Positions 11,019 to 21,800 of a DNA stretch of 64,000 nt are shown here, piece after piece. Where the stretch lies: NCBI GenBank assembly GCA_964035545.1, contig OZ037772.1, forward strand, positions 3,935,538-3,999,537, given 5' to 3'. The notes under the pieces are model-generated. The model did not search any database and was not told the DNA's origin. It saw only the letters and a program-made list of their open reading frames with translations. The position numbers and the translations under genes were made by a program. The first letter of the stretch is position 1, and each line of letters opens with the position of its first letter. This DNA is from Bugula neritina. Taxonomy: Eukaryota > Animalia > Bryozoa.

Positions 11019-14000
11019 TTATACTGGCTTACCTGGGAACTCGGTATTAATGTCCATACTCAACGTTCTTGGTAAGGTTGGAGCTGGTTGTGGGATACGT
11101 CTGCCTTTGGCGATGTCAGCATAAGAAAAGGCTGAGCATCGTTTCTGAGGCACGAGGTCGGAACTATTTGCTTTACGCGCATTAATTCCTCCCACTATTC
11201 CGCCCTCGCAAAAGTTGATATTTGCGTGGGGTTCACAACTCCAACATTTTATCGTACGGTTTTCCCCTAGACTTTCATATGCGCCGCTTCTAATGCAGTC
11301 ACATATGAAGTCTTTCAAATACGGTGGGGGTTTCCTCGTACGCGGTCCCCTTTTTAGGGGGGGTGACACGCTTGCCGGTTCGTTAGTAGGGGCCTCAAAT
11401 GGCGTCTCTACTTCACCGTTAGTGGTCACCTCTTCTTGTTCTCCGGATGGAGCCCCTCCCTCCGTGGGGGTTTGCACTTCCGGAACCGGCTCGGTTTCTG
11501 GAAGTGATGGAATTAGACTTGGCGGTGGCGGACACGCTTCTGTTGACAAAAGCTGCCGCTCCTCTCTCACCAAGTTTTCCTCCCGCGGTATGACCACTTC
11601 GTATTCAGGTTCATGCCGCCGTCGCCCGCGCGTCGTTGTCTGCCTCCTGGGCTCTAACAACGGGGGGGCTTCTCCCACTCCGTCAGGGCTAGCCCAATAC
11701 GGTTTCAAGCGAGACTCATTCTGGATAGACACCTGTCCTGAGCGCTCAATCTTGTACGTATGATTGGGCATAGCCTCGACGACCACGTAGGGGCCTACGA
11801 ACTTAGGCTTCAGCTTATCAGCCTGTCCGCGGCGCCTACGGTAATTGACCATCCACACCTTATCTCCTCTTTGATAGAGGGGTGGTTCATCGGAATCTTC
11901 GTGCCGCACCTTCCACTGCTGTTGACGCAGTATCTCGTGTGCGGCCTTCATCCGTTCCACTAGTTCACTGGCATACTCATGGACTGAGTTATCCTGCTCT
12001 GGAATGTGATAGGTGAGATGGTCAGGGACACGAGTCTCTCTCCCGAGCATCAAGAGGTTTGGGGTCTCACCAGTACTGGTGTATGGGGTGCTACGGTATG
12101 CACGCATGACTTGCGGCAACACCGTATCCCATTCCTCTTGACCTCGTCCAAGGAGAAGACTCCGGAGTGCATCACCTAGCATCCGGTTGTTGCGCTCCAC
12201 CACCCCGTTACCTTGAGGGTGGTAGGGGGTGGTCCTGCTCTGATTTACTCCCCAGAGGTGGCAAAGGTCGCTCATCAGTTGAGACTGGAATTGGGCGCCT
12301 TGATCAGAGTGTATCTGTTCGGGAAGCCCAAAATAACAGAATACATGTTGGTCTAGTGCTCTGGCCACTGTTGGGGCTGATGCATCTGGGATAGCCAGAG
12401 CATCCGCTCACCTAGTAAAGTGGTCGGTTAGTACTAGGATCCAATTATTGCCTCTGGGGGTCAGGGGCATGGGTCCGACCAGGTCTACAGCGACTACCTG
12501 CCAGGGCCTGCCAGCATATAGCCTCCGCCGTCCTGCTTCACCAGGGGGGCGGCTATGCTTACTGGCCTGGCAGATCTCACACTGTTTGACTCTGAGCCGG
12601 ACGTCACGCTCCATCTGCGGCCAATACCACCGGAGTCGTAACTTGGATATCACTCGCTTGACCCCTGCGTGGGCCTGCTTGTGAGTATCCCAAATCAACT
12701 CACGGCGGATGGCCGTGGGGCAGACTACCCTCTTCCTTTCCGGGTGTCTGCCGCTGGCAGCTAGAGAGATGGTTAGCAACCCATCCTGCCCGATCCGCAG
12801 CGAGTCCCAACGCTGACAGTATAGCCGGAACTCGGCGCATCCCTGTCGTATGCGTTCCTCGCTGGGTCGTCGCCCTTCCCTTTTGGCCCGGTAGATGTCT
12901 GCCACGACTCCAGGCAGCTCTTCTTGGAGCTTCTTCAGCTCTCGAACATTACCGGCCAGTACAGGGTTGGCGCGGAGGTTTTGTACATCCTCCGGGGACT
13001 CATCAACTCTTTGCCTGAGTTGACCTTGATCCCAGTCAAACGGTGCTCCGTGATGAGCCAGCGTCTCCAACTCGCATCGTGGGGGACCTTCATCCCTCCT
13101 CTCGATGTTGAGACACTGTTTGCAACCTCCGTCAGGTCGGCGACTCAACCCATCCGCATTGCTGTGTCTCTTGCCCGGTCGGTGTTCGATCCGGTACGAG
13201 AATTCAGCTAGGATTTCGAGCCACCGGGCGACCTGACTAGAGGGCTCTGCTCTCCTGCACAACCAGATCAGCGAGGCATGATCCGTACGCAGCCGGAACT
13301 TCCTGCCATATAGGTATGGTCTGAAGTGCTTCACTGACTTGATTACTGCCAGCAGCTCCTTGCGGGTAGTGCAGTAATTTCGTTCAGCGGGAGAGAGAGA
13401 CTTGCTGTAGTAGGCTACTACTACTTCTCGGCCTTCCTGCACTTGTGACAGCACAGCGCCAACATTCTGGTCACTGGCGTCCGTGTCTAGGATGTACTCC
13501 AGAGTGGGGTCTGGGTAGGCCAAGATGGGCGCCGTTAGGAGGCAGCCCTTGAGGCGGTCGAACGCTTCTTGTTCGACTGGAGTCCACTGCCACGTCACTC
13601 CCTTTGCGGTAAGCCGGTTTAACGGCTGGGCTATGCCCGCAAAGTCTGGTATGTATTGCCTGTAATACCCTACCAGCCCCAAGAAAGCCCGGAGTCCGGT
13701 CAAGTCTTGAGGGGTGACCCAGTCTTCTACTGCCCGTACCTTTTCGGGATCCGTTGCCACGCCGTTTCGACCGACAACGTGCCCCAGGTACTTGACCTCC
13801 GGCTGCAACAGAGCGCACTTGGAAGGTTTGAGCTTAAGACCGGCACCTCGGAGTCTCTCGAAAACCTCCTGCAGACGACTGACATGTGTCTCGAAGTCTG
13901 GAGAGATTACGATGACATCATCGAGGTAGACCAGCAGTGTCTTCCAATGGAGTCCGCTAAGGACTTGTTCCATCAGCCTCTGGAAGGTGGCTGGGGCGGA

Positions 14001-15644
14001 GGTTAACCCGAAGGGCAGCACCTTCCACTTCCACAAACCGTCCCGTGTGATAAACGCCGCTTTCTCTTGGGCGTCGGGACTCAGAGGAACCTGCCAATAG
14101 CCGCTTAGCAAGTCTAACGTACTGAAGTACTTGCTGCCGGCTAGGGCGTCCAATGACTCGTCAATACGAGGTAGAGGGTAGGCGTCCTGTATGGTTACGC
14201 TGTTGAGTTTGCGGTAGTCCACACAGAACCGCCAACTGCCGTCTTTCTTCCGGACCAGTACGACTGGCGAGCTCCACGCACTATGGGCGGGCTCTATCAG
14301 TCCCCGGTCCAGAAGATCCCGTACTTGTCGGCTAACCTCCTTCTCTTTCTCCGGCCCCAGCCTGCGCGTGGGCTGCCGGACAGGGACTGTCCCTGCAGTC
14401 AGCGGTATTTCGTGTCTGACAATTCCAGTCAGTCCCACGTCATTCTCTCCGCTGCTGAACACATCACCGTAGTCGCGTAGTAACTTGGCCATAGCTTGGC
14501 GTTCTCTGTTACTCGCGCAGCCGCCACTGGCTGTTTCGTATAACTCCCGGAGATGTGTTGGGACTGCCCCTCGTCCCTGAATAGGGTGTCGAGGGGGTGC
14601 CTCCGTCGCGTCACCCAGCGACGGGCCCACGTCCTCTTCCTGGACGGAATGGAACCGGCCCAGCATTGACCCAGCTGGGAGCTCAATGGGCTCGGTAAAG
14701 GGGTTGACGCACTGCACTAAGACCTCCCCTCGCTCAGTTAGTCGGTTTAAACTACTGGCGAGTTGGATCTTTTCGTGCGCGCTTTCAACGACCCCGAGCC
14801 TGGCTATCCGGTTGCTGTTCACTCGGCAGTGGATAGTAGCTCTGGAGCGTCCGGGTACGGTGCAGTTCCGAACTACCTGAACACCGCCCACCAGGGGACG
14901 CCCAAACTTATCCACACAGGCGAGTTCTCGCCCGCCCATCAGCACCACCGACTTACTGAAATCTATTCGGCACTGGTGCTGCTTCAAGAAGGGCATTCCG
15001 AGGATAGCATCTTCTTCCAGTTGACCTATGATAAAGGTCTCCTGGACAGCCCGATCTCGGACACGCCCAGGGAGCTCGATAATACCATAAAAGGGGATAC
15101 ATGACCCGTCTGCCAGGGTGCCATGTTCTCCAGTATACGATCGTACTCTATCCCTGTCCCGGCGGGGCAGTGCCTCAAAGACTCTACGACTGAGAAGGTT
15201 GGTAGTACAACCGGAGTCGAGCAGGAAAGTGACGGCATTGCCGGCCACCTTCCCGGGTAGGAAATAGCTCTCTCCATGTGGTTGTACTTTCACCCCCCCC
15301 GCATGTGCTGTCCTGGTTTGACAGGACGGCGGGGGTTTCACCCGTGGTTTACGGGGCTTCCGGCGGCGAGGTTGGTGCCGGCGGGGTTTGGGCCTCTCCA
15401 CTGGGCCTTCTGGCTCCATTTCAGTGGCGGGCTCCTCTTCCCGAGGTAACCGGTGGAACCGGTTAGCGAGTGGCAGGGAGAAGGTACTGGGCCGTTGTGC
15501 GGGCCTACTAGTCCTGCGTGGTACCTGCCACTCGGGTGAAATATTCCGCCGTGTCCGTACGGACAGACGACGGCGCGTTCCACCATACTCCTTTAGTTGC
15601 GGCCCGCGGGGAGGGAGTGTGTCCGCGGGCCGTGACAGTTTAAC
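11019..15644 (-). CDS. pol: Pol polyprotein (protease, RT, RNase H, integrase), -1 frame relative to gag; premature TGA in integrase at 12408-12410
   Basis: FLLDSGC protease, YLDDV RT, TDAS and RTDH RNase H, H-x4-H..C-x2-C integrase zinc finger, VAVD / HSDQG / VER DDE core, GPY motif. The 1003-aa and 449-aa ORFs are in frame across DHFTR*ADA (consensus W). Confidence 0.95.
15587..15644 (-). promoter_or_regulatory. Putative -1 ribosomal frameshift signal: G_UUA_AAC plus H-type pseudoknot
   Basis: Heptamer at 15644-15638 in the gag frame; 6-nt spacer; 9-bp stem GGCCCGCGG/CCGCGGGCC; loop ACUCC complementary to downstream GGAGU. The -1 frame is open from here into pol. Confidence 0.75.
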
Positions 15645-16459
15645 GCCCCCTGGTATTGGGGTCGTCCTTTCTGTCCCTGGTCCTGATCAGTGCTACTCCA
15701 GCTCTGCCCCACAGATGTTGGGGGCATCCGCAAGGCCTGACCGGGGCCAGCACCGGCCAGAATGGTTACCAATTGTCCCAGCATCTCTACCATGCGGTCC
15801 ACTTCGGCTTCCAGCGGGAGGGCTTCGGAGCCTGTCGTAGCCCTGGCGGCGCTGACTCCAACTACTGGGGGGTTCCTTTGTGCTCGATGCATTTGGGTAG
15901 CCAACAGGTAAGCTTCTCCAGCCTTCAGGGCATCCTCTATTCTGGTTATCCCTTTAGCTCGTAGGTGATGGTCTAGGCCCAGGTCGTTTAGGGACTGGAC
16001 AAAGGCGTCATAGGTGTAACGCTCTTGGTGTTGTGCTGGCAGATCGCTATATGCAATCTGCGCCAGCTTCTTCACCGTCGCGGCATGTTCTTGCAGCGAG
16101 GTCCGCGGGGTGCGGCACAATCTCTCCAGCTTGGTCCTAGCGTCTATGACGGAGGTGCCAAAACGGGCCCGCAGCGCAGCCAGTATGCCGTCTACGTCCG
16201 TTCCCACTCCGTACGGCTTGGCTTGCTCCGTCACCGCCCTCCGCAATTGGATAAGGGCCACTCTATGCGGCCATTGAGCAACTTCCATTACCTCTCTAAA
16301 TTCTTGTATAAATTGTTCGACATCTTCCGACCCAGTAAAGGTGGGAGCTTTCAAGTAATGTCTATAAGCTTCTTCTCCTTCACGATTCACAGGATTAACA
16401 GCATTTCTACGCTCACCTTCTACTGGGGGTGGTTGCATTCTAGCATTTTCAGTCTCCAT
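15593..16459 (-). CDS. gag: Gag (capsid-like) protein, 288 aa
   Basis: First ORF after the PBS; APTFTGSEDVEQFIQEF..W and ALRARFG capsid-like motifs. Confidence 0.88.
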   Translation of the reverse strand: METENARMQPPPVEGERRNAVNPVNREGEEAYRHYLKAPTFTGSEDVEQFIQEFREVMEVAQWPHRVALIQLRRAVTEQAKPYGVGTDVDGILAALRARFGTSVIDARTKLERLCRTPRTSLQEHAATVKKLAQIAYSDLPAQHQERYTYDAFVQSLNDLGLDHHLRAKGITRIEDALKAGEAYLLATQMHRAQRNPPVVGVSAARATTGSEALPLEAEVDRMVEMLGQLVTILAGAGPGQALRMPPTSVGQSWSSTDQDQGQKGRPQYQGALNCHGPRTHSLPAGRN

Positions 16460-16473
16460 CTTTGATATACACT

Positions 16474-16491
16474 ATCCCACCGCTGCCACCA
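16474..16491 (-). other. Primer binding site complementary to the tRNA-Leu 3' end
   Basis: TGGTGGCAGCGGTGGGAT, 1 nt inside the 5' LTR; complement of ...ATCCCACCGCTGCCACCA, typical of metazoan tRNA-Leu(AAG/TAG). Confidence 0.85.
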
Positions 16492-16492
16492 C

Positions 16493-16796
16493 TGTTATAG
16501 TTTTCAGATTTAGGGTTGATGTGCCACCAAGAGAGTCTATTTAACACTAGAGAAACTTCACCAGTTAAGTTGAGTAGATATCGTTATATTTAATACAAGA
16601 ATACATAATAAAATCCAATGTAAAACAGTAATGATACGCACGTCTATTTAGTTTACAGCACTATCCTCAACTGAGCTAGTAGCGCGAAGCGGCTACTATT
16701 ACTTATCAAACAGCTTAGCTAATTGGCTAATACATTGTTCCGGGTCAATACGCAACCTTGCGTATTGTGTTGCTGGTAGCTCCACGAGCCACCACA
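16493..16796 (-). repeat. 5' LTR (304 bp)
   Basis: Direct repeat of 9358-9661, adjacent to the PBS. Confidence 0.95.
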
Positions 16797-18894
16797 ATAT
16801 TGTGCCTTTTCTCAGTTACTACTTACTAGTTACCAAGTTTCTTACCAGTTTACAGACTGACACTATTGACTCTCGTGAGGTGAGAACAGTTTGAGTCATC
16901 TCATCATTTCTCAAATTAATCAGGTACCCGTATTTTAATACTTGCAGTTAGATTTACTATTTTAGTATTTACTATTCAGTATTTGGTATTTTACTATTTT
17001 AATTCTAGATTTACTTTTACTTTCAGTTTTAGTTCTACTTTTAGCCTTTAGGCTTTAGGTTTAAGTCTAGGCTTATAACTTATATAATATCAATATAAGA
17101 TTAAGCTTAAGACTAAGTTATATTTAATTTATAAGTTATATGTTAATGTTATAATATTAATTAAATATAATTGTTTCTCTTTGAGTCTTTGATTTGAAAT
17201 TTACAATAGACATAGTAATACCATAGTCCATAGGCATATGATCAATAATTAATTAATTATAATGATTTATCGAATAATATAAATATGAATATCGTATTAG
17301 TGATAATAAATTTATTATTATAAAAAATTTAATCGACTTCAAGTTTAGGTTCAGGTTTTTATACTGAAACATTGATCTACTAGTAGTAGTACTAGTACTA
17401 CTACTAATACTGCTACGTCTACAGTAGTAGTAGTGGTAGTAGCCTATGATTACAGATTACTATTACGTACTATAAGTATTAGTCTATTAGTAATACATGT
17501 ACTATTAGATTACTCTTAGTATTGCTATTCGATTTACTGTTGGTATAACTGTATAGGAATTGAGACTAAGTATTTCAGTTTCACACTATTTTATTTATAT
17601 AAATATTTGTATTAACTTTAAGTATTACTATTAGTAATCACAATTAGTATTGATATTGCATCTCCTATTAGGATTACTGCTATTACTATTAGTATTAGTA
17701 TTGTTGTATGAGTAATTACTAATTAGTATTAGTAATTTTTACTCATTGCATTACATTTACTATAAGTATAACTATAAAATGTAAGTTACTATTATTGCTC
17801 TACTATAACTATCAGTATTAGATTTAGTGTTGCAGTTGGTTTTACTGCCAGGTCCCCTACCATCATTAAATTTATTTATAAGGATAATCTTGGTGATTAT
17901 CACCCAATATTGACTCATATGACTAGGTTAGCCACATTTATATGATCTACTATTGTTGTAAACATAAAAATATGAGGTTAGTGTTAATAAATCATTTGCT
18001 AGGTAAGAGTGTAGAATAAATAATTGGCTAGAGATGAGTGTAGAAGCTGCCAACTCATGAAACAACTGCACCTGACCTAACAGAAGCACAAACATGTTAA
18101 ATTAGTATGTTTCACATCACCATAGTTTCTATTAGATGATTAGAATAGCAAACTAGCAGTTGATGGCTTTTTCCCTGGCTGGTGGAAGAGTGAATCTAAG
18201 TAACATATTAAATCATGCATCACCAACACTGCAGAAATGTTAAAATGAATTTTGTCATTTAGATTATGGAGAAAACAAAGTATTTTCAACACCCAGCACA
18301 AAATATTTCATGAAACTATGTTTTCTCCCACTGCTATGTTTCCCCCTATTTTGTGTCTTAGCGTGAGCCCACGCAATGTATCTAGCCCAAAAATGGGCAG
18401 GTAACATTGTAAAACTGGCTGATATCTTTGAATGAGGGGATAAGCAGCTGAGCCCAATTGTGCTGTTTGTTCATAAAAGTAATACATAACTCACTGGTAT
18501 TCATGTTTCACTTCTCCTCTATATATTAGAAACACTTGAATAGTGGTGTTCAATAGAAGTAGAATAATAGTGTTCACTGAAGCACACAACATTGCTTCAT
18601 ATTTATTGTATATGGAGTTTGAGTCACCAGCAAAAACCTATTCAGTGATTACAATGGAAACAATACAGCCTTTGTTAGAGAGTTAAAGCTGTGAGCTCAG
18701 CATGTTGTAGCTGACTATCATGTATACCAGTTTTATTAACTGCCTTTGTTTAACATTATTTTTCATGTCTTTATTTTGTATGGTTTATTGTTAATGGTTA
18801 AGTCTTTGATTTGGAAACCTTCACATATGTAGTGTGAAATATTATGCTAAGAGTATGTGTATCTTTTACAGGATTTCCTTATCATATAACCAAG

Positions 18895-21800
18895 ATGGCA
18901 GAATCCAGAGTCGTGAAAAAGAGACTCAACAATTCGTATCGCTGTGGGTACTGCTCGCAGTACTTCAACAAACTTGAAGATCCCAGAACTCTGCCCTGTC
19001 TGCATGTGTACTGCATGAGATGTTTGAAGACTGACATCGGTGGTAGGAAGGATCATATTAGATGTGCTTATTGTAGGTGAGTTACAGTACATAACACAAT
19101 ATATCATGTCATAGGCTTGCATATGATTTTCTCACTATCATCTAGGAGTTGTCGGATCTGTGTATATGAAAAGCAAACAATACTGTATATTCTATGTGAA
19201 CTCTGGTTACTAACTTGTTGAGTGTGTGGATATCTTTTCATCAGGTAGAGAAAGTAACTGTTATGTAGATTACATCATCAGCTGTCCTCTCTTGTTGAAT
19301 TGTGGTATACTGTTGGATGTCATGGGATTGGGGTTGTCTCCTCATTATATTATTTTGTTCTCATACAGTACAAGACTTGTTAGACCAACCTTTTTCATAT
19401 CATCTCCACCTTCATAAATGTTTACTATTAATTATCCCCCCTTTAAAAAACGAAAAAATCTATGACTGACATAATGATAATATAGATTATTATGCAATAT
19501 TTTTCCTATTACATTTGAATATAATATAGTTATTTCTGATAATTATATTATGCATGTATAAAACACAGAGCAGTTCAATTATCAATATTATGGCTGCAGC
19601 TGATGACATTGTGTCAGCTTGCTTTCAAACCTCCCACCCCAACCCCTAAACCCCAACCCCAATATTGTAATTAAAAACACATTCGTGTAGAAGTAGACTG
19701 AGATGGATTCTCCCAGGTTGGGAATCACTGTGTTGAATTGACTTGTGTTTCTTATTTTCTTTCCTGTGATTATAAACATGTATGGTGTTGTCATGACAAC
19801 AGAGTTGCTGTGGCACAAAGTACAGTTTACTAGTATGTAGTGATTGTGTAGTGAGAGTGGAGTGTCTGGTTATTGTCCATGCTTATGTGTAATCTGTAAG
19901 GAGTAGAATTATATTATTTTAATATAATGTTGAGGTACTTTTATAATGGCAGTTTGGTCAATAGCTTTAGTTCTATTGCCATAGACTCATAGCTCTGGAG
20001 TCTAGCAGCTGTTACTATTACCACTAGCTGTTCAAAATTCTGCCAACATCCGGGCTGCCAAAGCATAATAGCCATTGACATTAAGGCCAAGCAGTCACTG
20101 GGAAATTATTTGACTAAAGAGCAGGTCTTATGACAATTAGTAGTCAGTCCCTTAGACAGGAAACAGTGATTCTGTGACCTATTTAGTTAAATCCAATGCT
20201 GACCTTTTGATTGATTATTAGATAGCCATCACAATTTTATTTGGTACAATATAATATTATGGGGTGTCAATCAGTGTCTAATATAATCTGTGAATTGAGT
20301 GTCTCCTTTAGCTTTGATGAGTTGATTACTTCTTCTACCATCAGTCAGTTGTATTAAGTGTTACTTTGTATTGAGTCATGAATAGTGTTGAAGATTTGGG
20401 CCTATATTATGCCAAACCCCCCCCCTCTGACTTAGACTGTGACCCAACCTGCTGCACATACATAGTAGTACTACACTGAAGATAGTCAACATGTGTATAT
20501 ATCATATACATATATATAACATAACTATATATACATGCATATATCATCTTACTAGTAATGGATTACTAAGTACAAGTTATCCTATGACTCACTCTTCTTA
20601 TGCTAGCTGCACGAGATAGACAACACTCACACGTGACACGCACTCACAGTGCACTAGCTCTTGACACATTGCCAAGGATGATGAAATGACAGTTTCGCGC
20701 CACTCCTAGCAGTTAGAGTGGCAGGGAATAGTTGTAGTATGTTGTAGTATTGGCTCTTCAGAATTCACCCCTCAGTAATTAGTTGCATTGCACAAACTTG
20801 CAACAATAGTGAATAATTATTGACAATATGGCCTCCACTCAGTAGTAAACTAGTAATTTGTCTTGTCATTTTACTCTACAAGTTACAGTTGAGTCTATTT
20901 GTTGAGTAGCAGTTCTTTGTCATGAGTGACTATTTTCCAGCATATTAGGTACATAATATAGTCAAGTGTGTTTGTGTGATAGCCTGTGGTCTATATAATG
21001 AATGTGTGTTGATGAGTGATGAGTATTTATTTGAGTATTTGTCAAGGACATAGCTGTGTGTGTGGATGGAGTATTTCATTACTTGAGATATACTAAACAC
21101 AGCTAACACAGGTAACATACTGATTGCTATATGTTGTAGGAAAGATCACTATGACATCACAGATCCCACAACACTACCAGTAGCTCAGCATGGAGACCCG
21201 TTAGAATACAAGTCTCCACCCAAACCTGCACCCATTCCCTGCGATGTGTGTAAAGGTGGAACACAAGCTGCTGTGTTTTGTCTTGAGAGTCAAAAAAAGT
21301 TGTGTCAGCAGCATCAAGAAGTGAGTCTTTCTTCTATAATTTCTCAAGATTAGTTATTAAACCAGTTCTGGTTTGTGTGTAGAATATTATTGAAAAGAAA
21401 TGTTGAGTCTGTGTGACTTTTTATACTCAACACACAGTTTCACAGTGCAGTGAGTCAACTATGACAGACTTGTTGGTGAAAATACAACCAACTAAACTGT
21501 TGACCTTTATTATACAGAATCACAGAGAGCTGATGGGAGATAGACATCAGTTTATTGACATTGAGGTCTACAGAGCTTCTCCCCAAAGATATACTATAAC
21601 TGAATGTGAACATCATAAACAGGAACAGCTGACAGAAGTGTGTTCCAAGTGTCACCAGATATTCTGTATGAGATGTGATATGAGGACTGGCTGTAAGGAT
21701 AAGACAGGTATTTACTTGCTGTTTCTATTTCTGTAGGAAGAAACTGAGAAATGTTACAAGAACCTATTATTTATTATTTTATTATTAAAGTGAGTTATGT

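Larger units (their letters stand above)
9358..16796 (-). mobile_element. Full-length Ty3/Gypsy LTR retrotransposon (7439 bp) with gag, pol and an extra ORF3
   Basis: Two 304-bp TG...CA direct repeats, a PBS and a PPT; domain order PR-RT-RH-IN. Confidence 0.97.

Noticed and set aside
12408-12410. Programmed readthrough or selenocysteine at the integrase TGA
   Set aside because: It replaces a conserved Trp (DHFTRW) and the context is UGA-GCG; simplest as a TGG to TGA mutation.
11215-16465. Plus-strand and alternate-frame ORFs inside the retrotransposon
   Set aside because: Shadows of the GC-rich gag/pol sequence with no recognisable motifs.
16474-16491. tRNA-Leu gene
   Set aside because: Only the 18-nt 3' end including CCA, next to an LTR; it is a primer binding site.
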